Positions 1-7,692 of a stretch of DNA of 64,000 nt are shown in pieces (positions within the stretch are counted from its first letter, which is position 1; each line of letters starts with the position of its first letter). The notes beneath the pieces are model-generated. The model had not been told where the DNA came from. It searched no databases and saw only the letters and a program-made list of their open reading frames with translations. Both the position numbers and the translations under genes were made by a program. The DNA is from a virus (lineage: Duplodnaviria > Caudoviricetes), in the IMG/VR virus record IMGVR_UViG_3300033075_001536, positions 32,001-96,000 of that record; one strand, given 5' to 3'.

Positions 1-1479
1 CATATATCGAATAGTTTGGAATATTGGTTTAATTTCATACTCACTAAATCCATCACGATCACTTTCTACTATTTCAGAAACCTCATATAATGTGCAATCC
101 TTTGAAGTAACATTATTCCATATAAGATTAAATAAAGTTAGCTCTAGTGAATATTTATTTTGATCATCTCTATCAGAAAATATTCTCTTTTCTCCGACTT
201 TGAAATTGTCTAATTTATTTTTCCACTTGGTATCTGATATAATTTCTGGTTTACCACCACTTACTATTTTATTAAATCTTTTCTCATAATACAATTTAGA
301 TATATTTTCACGAACAAACTTTTCAAATTTTGGGTTGGTAATATAGTTGATGATGTCATTTAAGTAAAATTGGTTACATCTTAATAATAAGTTTTTATTC
401 AAAATTTCTTCATCACTATACTCTTTTAACTTTTCTCTAGTGATTTCAGATTTATCCAATAGATTCCATTTTTCTATTTCTTCTTTTGAGAATTGATTTA
501 AATCATTCGGTTTATAGGAATTTTTATTTTTAATAATTTCTTGTTTTGTCCAACCATATTTTAATAAGATAAAAACAGATGCCTTTTGCATGTCAATGGT
601 GTTTTTATTAATGAAGATACTAAGATTTAATCCATACTCAGATAGTAATTTTGATAGATTTTCTTGAGAAACACTACCATCGTTTATATTGTGTGCTGTC
701 TGAAATGGGTCACTATCCGTTCTACTTAGAGCATAGGTTATTCCTATCTTTCTATTCAGATCTTCTCTGTTCAATAAAAACAAAATAAATTGATAGCAAG
801 TTTTATCATAGACATAACTTTTAAAAGTAGCATCATTTTTAATGCACCACGCTGAATCACCAGCTAAGATTCTAATTTCCGAAGCACTATATACTCTAAC
901 TACTAAAACATCCTTTTCTTCTGAGTAATAAATAACATCTGATCCAATTTCTTTACACTTTTTTATAATATCATTTGCTTTTGCATTTGGATCAACCTTT
1001 AGAAAGTTTTTTAATCCTTCTATTAAATCTTTTCTATTTTTATAAGAGGCAATTTTTCTAAAAAATGTAGAACTATCCTTTCGTTTGGATAGTTGACTAA
1101 GTAAATCACTATCCTGTTTAGTTTTTATGAAGCTTTTTTGTAGCTTTGGAAATTCACTGTAAATATGGTGGATACTAGAGTCCAATTTTAACTTCTCTAT
1201 CTCATCAATCACCTCTTCAATAGTATCATATTTAATAAGTGGCTTAGGAAATTTATTTATTTGTGACTGGCTTTTTTGAATAACATCAAAAAATTCTATT
1301 AAGTCTTCAACACTATTATTCTTTTCATATCTAAGATGTGTGAAAAATCCAATATATCCTGGATTCTTTTTTAAAAGCTCTCTTATTTTTATGAAATCTG
1401 GATCAGTTTCAAAAATCGATTTATTTTTTAAAATAGATCTTGCCTTATTAATATCCTCAAATAATTTTATAAATTGCAT
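1..1479 (-). CDS. CTS-like-tagged hypothetical protein with G-x(3)-WCIK motif, runs off the left edge; paralog of 31106..32710
   Basis: Not in ORF track. Read manually from ATG at 1479: MQFIKLFEDINKARSILKNKSIFETDPDFIKIRELL... LAGDSAWCIK; matches MVTKFHLFENLNYARSVLRKKG...DEDFIKIREM...GSPSWCIK; AATATATA just upstream. Confidence 0.85.
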   Translation of the reverse strand, partial: MQFIKLFEDINKARSILKNKSIFETDPDFIKIRELLKKNPGYIGFFTHLRYEKNNSVEDLIEFFDVIQKSQSQINKFPKPLIKYDTIEEVIDEIEKLKLDSSIHHIYSEFPKLQKSFIKTKQDSDLLSQLSKRKDSSTFFRKIASYKNRKDLIEGLKNFLKVDPNAKANDIIKKCKEIGSDVIYYSEEKDVLVVRVYSASEIRILAGDSAWCIKNDATFKSYVYDKTCYQFILFLLNREDLNRKIGITYALSRTDSDPFQTAHNINDGSVSQENLSKLLSEYGLNLSIFINKNTIDMQKASVFILLKYGWTKQEIIKNKNSYKPNDLNQFSKEEIEKWNLLDKSEITREKLKEYSDEEILNKNLLLRCNQFYLNDIINYITNPKFEKFVRENISKLYYEKRFNKIVSGGKPEIISDTKWKNKLDNFKVGEKRIFSDRDDQNKYSLELTLFNLIWNNVTSKDCTLYEVSEIVESDRDGFSEYEIKPIFQTIRYM

Positions 1480-1500
1480 TTGAGTATATATTAAACAAAT

Positions 1501-2163
1501 TTAATCGTTAATATAAGTGAATTTTGGATTGGCTCTAAAACTAATCCCAATACAATCTGTTTTTCTACCTGGGTTGGAATAATACTGTGCTCGACCAACC
1601 ACTAATTTTTCTCCCTCAATTTCTAAGTTATTTATCACATCAGTAATTCTTTGAACTTCGGTAGAATTCCCCCTATATCTTATATCTGAGTCAATTTGTC
1701 CAGATGGGTATTCACCCTCAAATGTTGAATAGGTTCGACTCATGTGAAGATTATAATTTCCACCAACTACTTTCTTAAATCTACTAGAAACAATTCTAAC
1801 ATCATTTCCACGAATCTGATAAAATGATCCCTCTTTGAATCCAATTCTTATTTTTAGATGTAAGTTACTACTATATTCATGAAAATAAGCTGGTAAATTT
1901 GGATATTCTTCTTTAAGTCTATCATAAGCAACTTTAAATTCGTCTATTACCTTTATATTTTCTTCAAATGCTTTAAAATATTGATCTATATTTCCTTCTT
2001 CAGATGGATGTAAACTAACTTCAATAGTAATGACCCCATCTTTTTCATGGAAATATCCCAATTTTTCATCCACCATATCCTGGAATATATTTCTTATCAT
2101 GGACACCATATCCTCAGTAGATGAAGATTCCAAAAATTTTTTTATTTTATTTCTGTTTTCCAA
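1501..2163 (-). CDS. CTS-like-tagged paralog-family protein
   Basis: KIKKFLES N-terminus; IRNIFQDMVDEKLG...YDRLKEEY family motifs. Confidence 0.75.
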   Translation of the reverse strand: MENRNKIKKFLESSSTEDMVSMIRNIFQDMVDEKLGYFHEKDGVITIEVSLHPSEEGNIDQYFKAFEENIKVIDEFKVAYDRLKEEYPNLPAYFHEYSSNLHLKIRIGFKEGSFYQIRGNDVRIVSSRFKKVVGGNYNLHMSRTYSTFEGEYPSGQIDSDIRYRGNSTEVQRITDVINNLEIEGEKLVVGRAQYYSNPGRKTDCIGISFRANPKFTYIND

Positions 2164-2536
2164 AGTAAAGTGTTAAATATTTTTGTGTGAAGTAATCATC
2201 TCCATCATCTGTTGAGAATCCTCCAAATGTCCATCCATCACCAACAATTCTATCTTTTGATTCAATAGAGGTGGTCATTAATTCTGCTAGATTTTCAAAA
2301 TCTTTTTCCAACTCATCATTATCTGAATTACCATAGATAATTTTAATGGATAGAGAGAGGTATGGGGGATGTCCTTTAACATCCGATAAAGTACACTCAA
2401 CTATAATCTCTGTATATCCTAAATCTAAAATGTCTTGTAAATATTCTTCTAGATTTGGAATTTCCTTTAAAGATCTATTTGTTTTATAGTCTTTAAATGT
2501 TAATCGATTAAAATTTTCAAATAGTTTAATTTCCAT
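2147..2536 (-). CDS. CTS-like-tagged paralog-family protein
   Basis: MEIKLFENF; LEEYLQDILDLGY...DRIVGDGW. Confidence 0.75.
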   Translation of the reverse strand: MEIKLFENFNRLTFKDYKTNRSLKEIPNLEEYLQDILDLGYTEIIVECTLSDVKGHPPYLSLSIKIIYGNSDNDELEKDFENLAELMTTSIESKDRIVGDGWTFGGFSTDDGDDYFTQKYLTLYFGKQK

Positions 2537-2542
2537 TAAATC

Positions 2543-2567
2543 TATATATTAAGTATTTTAATATATA
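2543..2567. promoter_or_regulatory. Divergent pair of TAATATATA boxes (putative phage late promoters)
   Basis: tatatatta at 2543-2551 (minus strand) and taatatata at 2559-2567 (plus strand), each 4-6 nt from a start codon; recurs before about 30 genes. Confidence 0.7.
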
Positions 2568-2571
2568 AATT

Positions 2572-3018
2572 ATGTCTAAAAAAGTAGATAGGTTATCCCA
2601 AATTGTTCCAGAAGTTTTTCCCAATATGGTTCGTACCTATAATGGGTTGTTATACGATGGAAATGGAAATTTAATAACAGTCTTATCCCAATTATCATAT
2701 AAAGTTTACACCTGTCTATTAACACAAAATGCTACATCAGACCCAACAGTTGTTGTCTTAGAAAATACAATCGGTGATATAAAATGGATAAGACATTCGA
2801 GTGGTGTATATCATGCATATTTAATAGATGCTTTCCCAGAAAATAAGACTTTCTATTTTTCACAAGCTACACAAAACAACACACCTGATAACGTTTGTGT
2901 CTATATGTCTAGAGGAAATAATGATATAATATCTATATCTACTTTATGGCAAGGATCTGGTGAAATTGATGGTTGGTTATTGAACACTCCTGTTGAAATA
3001 AGGGTTTATAATACCTGA
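2572..3018 (+). CDS. Putative minor virion/tail-associated protein
   Basis: VYTCLLTQ...P..VVLENTIG.I.W.R...G.Y...TPVEIRVY beta-rich module typical of phage fibre C-termini; late box upstream. Confidence 0.5.
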   Translation: MSKKVDRLSQIVPEVFPNMVRTYNGLLYDGNGNLITVLSQLSYKVYTCLLTQNATSDPTVVVLENTIGDIKWIRHSSGVYHAYLIDAFPENKTFYFSQATQNNTPDNVCVYMSRGNNDIISISTLWQGSGEIDGWLLNTPVEIRVYNT

Positions 3019-3197
3019 GATCCCTCTTGATTTTGCTCTAATCCATTCAAATATTCTTGAACTTTGTCTTTGTGAATAATTTCATCGGACCATTTGTAAG
3101 AGGTTCCTTTTTTTCTAGCTACAATTACCTTGACCCAATCTTTGGATCCTTCTTGTGTCTTTCTACCGGTATTTGCGTTTTTTGATACTTTTGCCAT
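3006..3197 (-). CDS. DUF4295 family protein / ribosomal protein bL38-like
   Basis: MAK...KDWVKVIVARKKGTSYKWSDEIIHKDKVQEYL resembles Bacteroidota DUF4295 (MAK..K...KVI..K....G.Y...E.....V.E.L); 63 aa. Confidence 0.65.
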   Translation of the reverse strand: MAKVSKNANTGRKTQEGSKDWVKVIVARKKGTSYKWSDEIIHKDKVQEYLNGLEQNQEGSQVL

Positions 3198-3210
3198 AAT
3201 TTCTTATATA

Positions 3211-3801
3211 TTAATTTTTTTCAAACTCTTTAAAACTTTCCACATGTTGAAGTTGATATCTTTCCTTCATTCTATCAAGAACCCCATTAATTTGTGAGAG
3301 TATATTGAGTTGTTTTTTATTTAGTTGACGAAGTTCAATAAGTTTTGAAACAATAAATTTTGTCTCATTAAAATATTTTGTTCTAAATTTATCCGAAGCA
3401 GTTGGGTGATCAGATATATTTTGAAGTCTATCACACAATTTAATTAAAAGTGCACCATCCGACATATTAATCATTTTATGTAGAAGATAATTTGCTTTTC
3501 CAACTGATTTAATTTTTTTGTCCGAGGATGAAAGTTCTTGTACAATATCAGCAATTTCTTTTCCAAACTCTTTTAACAAAACTTCATAGGTCACATCATC
3601 AACATCCTCTATTGAATCATGGAGTAAAGATGCGGCTCCTAAAATTGGATTGGTATCTACTCCCTTTAAAATTTGAAAAACTTTACGAACATGTCCATCA
3701 AAATAGGACATTTTTGTGAATTTTCTATTTACACCATGATGGGCTTTAATTGCAAAGTCCCAAGCTTTCTTTTCTAAGTCTGTAATTGGTTTGACTGCCA
3801 T
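3211..3801 (-). CDS. RelA/SpoT-type HD hydrolase (small alarmone hydrolase, Mesh1-like)
   Basis: FAIKAHHG..RK...Y..H...V; AASLLHDSIED; LIKLCDRLQN. Confidence 0.9.
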   Translation of the reverse strand: MAVKPITDLEKKAWDFAIKAHHGVNRKFTKMSYFDGHVRKVFQILKGVDTNPILGAASLLHDSIEDVDDVTYEVLLKEFGKEIADIVQELSSSDKKIKSVGKANYLLHKMINMSDGALLIKLCDRLQNISDHPTASDKFRTKYFNETKFIVSKLIELRQLNKKQLNILSQINGVLDRMKERYQLQHVESFKEFEKN

Positions 3802-3805
3802 TAAC

Positions 3806-3848
3806 TATATATTTATTTAAAGATACGGAAAATTTTCTTTAATATATA
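3806..3848. promoter_or_regulatory. Divergent AATATATA boxes serving the HD hydrolase and rnpA
   Basis: tatatatt 3806-3813 and aatatata 3841-3848, each 4 nt from ATG. Confidence 0.65.
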
Positions 3849-3852
3849 AGAG

Positions 3853-4146
3853 ATGATGTCAAAAACCGAAATGGATGAACTTTTTAAATCAGGTAAGAAA
3901 TTATACTCACCTTTGATTAAATTAGTTTATTTACCAGCTGCTGAAAAAGAGATAATTATATCTGCACCAATACGGACATTTAAAAGAGCTGTAGATAGAA
4001 ATAGAATTAAAAGACTCATTAGAGAATCTATCAGAAAGATGGAAATTGGTAAATATCATCTAGCTATTATCTATATTGGAACTAAAGTGGAATCATTTGA
4101 AAATATAAAAGCTGAATTAGAAAAAATTATTCCTAGAATAAAATGA
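3853..4146 (+). CDS. rnpA: Ribonuclease P protein component (N-terminally short)
   Basis: RNR motif FKRAVDRNRIKRLIRES; LFKSGK; size 97 aa. Confidence 0.9.
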   Translation: MMSKTEMDELFKSGKKLYSPLIKLVYLPAAEKEIIISAPIRTFKRAVDRNRIKRLIRESIRKMEIGKYHLAIIYIGTKVESFENIKAELEKIIPRIK

Positions 4147-4715
4147 AATATTTGAGGAAATTTAATGAAGCAATTATGACTTCTCTTGACAAAATAAAAT
4201 CGGAAATTGATGATGTTTCTTATATTTTAGAAGATGAAAATCTCAATGTGCGCTCTTTTAGAAGGGGCTCAGAATATGTTGTTATTAATATAATAAACCC
4301 CGAATTAAACACCAATGGATTTGTAAATGCTCCAGGATATGTTCCCACCCCAACTAGATGGGATAAACGTGGATACCTCAAAAGAAGTTGGTTAAAATCA
4401 TTAGCCTTTAACGATGCTTTCGTTGAATTTATCGATCGTGTTGATGAAATTTGCAAAAAGAATGAATATGTTATTTTTGTTAATGGGTGTTCAAGTAGAT
4501 TTAAAGGGGATGATGAGATTGTAAAGTATTATAATTTTGATGAAATGTATATTGGTTCAAAAAATAGACCATTTACTCACATTGAAACTTTTATTGATGT
4601 TAAGAAAGCTATTAGAAATGAGCATAGATGGGCATATCCTGGAAAAATCGATAAAGGTATTAAATGGATAAATAAAAATATAGTTTATCCAGCAGCGGAT
4701 CTTATTGGAATTTAG
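4143..4715 (+). CDS. CTS-like-tagged paralog-family protein
   Basis: MKYLRKFNEA; EIDDVSYILEDEN...EFIDRVDEIC. Confidence 0.8.
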   Translation: MKYLRKFNEAIMTSLDKIKSEIDDVSYILEDENLNVRSFRRGSEYVVINIINPELNTNGFVNAPGYVPTPTRWDKRGYLKRSWLKSLAFNDAFVEFIDRVDEICKKNEYVIFVNGCSSRFKGDDEIVKYYNFDEMYIGSKNRPFTHIETFIDVKKAIRNEHRWAYPGKIDKGIKWINKNIVYPAADLIGI

Positions 4716-4724
4716 TTTAATGAT

Positions 4725-5040
4725 ATGATTGAAAAATATTTAAAATTTTTTGAAAAGTTAGGAGATGGTGAGTTTTATAAATTCTCTAAAACTATTAATG
4801 AGTATAGATATATTTTAGAGGATGAAGGATTTGAGGTTGAAATTATAGACTCATCGAGCTACTAACTTCAATTCGGATGAACTTTTTGAATTTATGGATA
4901 GAATCCAAGGAGATCTTCCTGATTATGAAATTGTTGCTGATCCACCACTGCCAGCTTTTGAAAACGAAATATTTGGATCTCTCTATGTAGATAGTATGAC
5001 TAATAAAAAGTATATTAATGTTTTCTTTAGAAAAAAATAG
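4725..5040 (+). pseudogene. Frameshifted paralog-family gene
   Basis: MIEKYLKFFEK...YILEDEGFEVEIIDSSSY* (stop 4863-4865); family C-half ...SDELFEFMDRIQ...FFRKK* continues in another frame to 5040. Confidence 0.75.
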
Positions 5041-5051
5041 ATATATAGATT

Positions 5052-5474
5052 ATGATTAAAAAATATTTTCAATTCTTAAAAGAGCAAGATGAATTTGTGG
5101 ATGACTCTATTAATTTAGATATTCCTAAAGAAGAGGAAAAAGAACCCAAAGAAGAAAAGTCATCTTCCAATTTTGAAGAAGTAATTTCTGGAATAAAAGA
5201 ACTTATTGAAGGAACGGTTGAGAAATCTGGTGGAGAATTTGAAACACTTAAAGATTCATTTTTAAAAGATCCAAAAGAAATTAAAATAGAAGGACTCATC
5301 AATGATTCGGATGTCTATGATTTTTATTTAAAATACAGAAATGATATTGATGAGGTTCTAGGTGATATTAATTTTTATGATGAAGTTCCTTCAGAAATGA
5401 ATACATTTGGTCTATATGAATATACCATCAAAGGCACTATGAAAGCTGTTGAGGAATTTGTTAAAAAAATGTAA
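5052..5474 (+). CDS. Acidic CTS-like-tagged hypothetical protein
   Basis: MIKKYFQFLKEQ; AGATATATA upstream. Confidence 0.75.
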   Translation: MIKKYFQFLKEQDEFVDDSINLDIPKEEEKEPKEEKSSSNFEEVISGIKELIEGTVEKSGGEFETLKDSFLKDPKEIKIEGLINDSDVYDFYLKYRNDIDEVLGDINFYDEVPSEMNTFGLYEYTIKGTMKAVEEFVKKM

Positions 5475-5477
5475 TTT

Positions 5478-5915
5478 ATGAAATATTTAACCAAATTTAA
5501 TGAATCTGATTATTTAAAGATAGGAGATGTAAAATCAACTCCAGTGGATGTTTCAAGTGATTGTAAAAAATTTTTAGATAAATATTCTAATAAGTTACGA
5601 GGGTGGAAAAATGCTCTCGAATCTATAAATAATTTATCCACCAAATACCCAACACCAACACTCGATTATAGTTTTTATATTATCAAATCATATGACTGTG
5701 AAGGAAGATATGTTACTGGAAATATTGGTTATGAAAGAGGTGTTAATAAGTCACATGCCAGACTTAGATGTGCTCTTGATCATGGATTTGAGGTATTTGC
5801 AACTGGATTTTATGATGCTGATAAAATAGATATTGATAAAGAAATATCCGGAGCTTTAAAAAATCTAAAAAATGCTCAAAGTAGAGTAGAGAATCTATAT
5901 CGACTAAAAGAATAA
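5478..5915 (+). CDS. CTS-like-tagged hypothetical protein
   Basis: MKYLTKFNES. Confidence 0.75.
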   Translation: MKYLTKFNESDYLKIGDVKSTPVDVSSDCKKFLDKYSNKLRGWKNALESINNLSTKYPTPTLDYSFYIIKSYDCEGRYVTGNIGYERGVNKSHARLRCALDHGFEVFATGFYDADKIDIDKEISGALKNLKNAQSRVENLYRLKE

Positions 5916-5916
5916 A

Positions 5917-6639
5917 CTATTTATTCAACACTTCTTTATTATAATACTCTTCAAATCCCTCCAACATATTTGAAACAGATGGTGATTTATCCAATCCGAT
6001 AATTTCATCCACTAATCCAAATTTCAAAGATTCATCAGAATTATACCAACGGTCTCTTCTTGAAAATTCAAGAACTTCATCAAATGTCTTTCCGCAATTT
6101 TTAGCTAAAATTTTAAATAAAATATAATTATACTTTTCTGCTTCCATTTGATTAATTCTGGTATCTTGGACATTTCCTTGAGTTCCATGACTTACCTGAT
6201 GTGTCATTACCTTTGAATAAACCAAGGAAGATCTTTTGCCTTTAGTTCCAGAGGATAACAATACAGATCCCATAGAAGCACACATACCGATATTGACGGT
6301 GGCTACATCCGAACTAATATAGTTCATAAGATCAACAATTCCTAGACCACACAAAACAGAACCACCTGGAGAGTTAATATAGAGAGTTATATCTTTCTTT
6401 TCCACATTATCTAAAAATAAAAGCTGCGCCTGAACAACATCTGACATATATTGATCAACAACTCCAGATACCCAAAGAATTCTATCTCTCATGAGTCGAG
6501 AAAAAATATCCATTTGTGTAACTCTCATTTCTCTTTCTTCGAGAATATAAGGTGTTAATGAGGTTTCAAATTGGTCTAATACGATTGAAGAAATTCCTTC
6601 ACTTTTTCCGAATTTTTTAAAATCTTGTCCTAAAGTCAT
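5917..6639 (-). CDS. clpP: ATP-dependent Clp protease proteolytic subunit
   Basis: LTPYILEERE..MDIFSRLMRDRI; YINSPGGSV; CASMGSVLL (catalytic Ser); MTHQ. Confidence 0.95.
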   Translation of the reverse strand: MTLGQDFKKFGKSEGISSIVLDQFETSLTPYILEEREMRVTQMDIFSRLMRDRILWVSGVVDQYMSDVVQAQLLFLDNVEKKDITLYINSPGGSVLCGLGIVDLMNYISSDVATVNIGMCASMGSVLLSSGTKGKRSSLVYSKVMTHQVSHGTQGNVQDTRINQMEAEKYNYILFKILAKNCGKTFDEVLEFSRRDRWYNSDESLKFGLVDEIIGLDKSPSVSNMLEGFEEYYNKEVLNK

Positions 6640-6677
6640 TTAATTTATTTTAAGGTGTGAATAATAATATATAATAG

Positions 6678-7166
6678 ATGCGATATATCAAAATGTTTGA
6701 ATCTTTCTCGAAAAAATTTACCGAAAGAATAAGTAATCTTGAAAAAGAGGCTATGGACGATCTAATGGATTATCTCTATGATATAAAAGACGAATTTCCA
6801 GATGTGGATATATCCAAGGACACTTGGGCGAACAATAAGTGCTTTCAAATTGAAATTAAATTTAAAGTATCTGATTTGGAAAAATTTAAAAATCTTTTTC
6901 ACGAAGGCATATTTGATAGAATAAAAGACGATCACATAGGAACCGAAATAATATATAGCGTCAGTTTAGAATGGTATAGCAATGAGTCAAATAGTTGGGG
7001 AAATTCTTTTATGTCTAGTAAGTCTATAAAATTATCAAATCCACTTGATGATTATCCAAACTATTCTATGGATATAAATTCACTATTAAATGCAATGGAT
7101 AAAAATAAAGTGATAGAGACAAAATCATCAACCCCACTTTTCAATATTCAAATACATATTATCTAA
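6678..7166 (+). CDS. CTS-like-tagged paralog-family protein
   Basis: MRYIKMFESF; DDLMDYLYDIKDEF...IFDRIKD. Confidence 0.75.
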   Translation: MRYIKMFESFSKKFTERISNLEKEAMDDLMDYLYDIKDEFPDVDISKDTWANNKCFQIEIKFKVSDLEKFKNLFHEGIFDRIKDDHIGTEIIYSVSLEWYSNESNSWGNSFMSSKSIKLSNPLDDYPNYSMDINSLLNAMDKNKVIETKSSTPLFNIQIHII

Positions 7167-7602
7167 ACCACCCAATAATTATTTGCCAAGTATCATAGTG
7201 TAGATGAAAATGGTTAATCACCAAATAAGATGAGGCAATAATTTTTACCCAAACTAGTTGTAGAGATATTAATTTTGAAATAGGTTCTGTATTAATTTTT
7301 AATTTTAGTAGATTGGATAGAATAGTATATAAAATAAGTCCCAAAAACACATACCAAGATCCAGTTAAAACACCACAGACCAACCATATAAAATCAATTA
7401 TATCAAATAGTGAATAAATACTAAAATCAGAATATTCTTGTTCACTTCTGAAATCTTCTCTAACTGGTCTTTTACCAGTAACCCTTTGGTATTTCTCAAC
7501 CCATTCTTTTACATTATAAAAGGATCCAAATTTAGAAGCAATACTAAATAAAACCAAAACGATAAGAAGTCCGATAGCATAGTAGATGTGTCCTAAAAAC
7601 AT
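7159..7602 (-). CDS. Membrane protein, about 4 TM helices
   Basis: Multiple hydrophobic segments. Confidence 0.7.
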   Translation of the reverse strand: MFLGHIYYAIGLLIVLVLFSIASKFGSFYNVKEWVEKYQRVTGKRPVREDFRSEQEYSDFSIYSLFDIIDFIWLVCGVLTGSWYVFLGLILYTILSNLLKLKINTEPISKLISLQLVWVKIIASSYLVINHFHLHYDTWQIIIGWFR

Positions 7603-7692
7603 AGATGTAATTTATAGAGATAAAACCAAATTTGTTTTAATAGAAAGAGAATTGCATTTTAATATATAATTAAAAGTTTTTAACTCTAAAAC

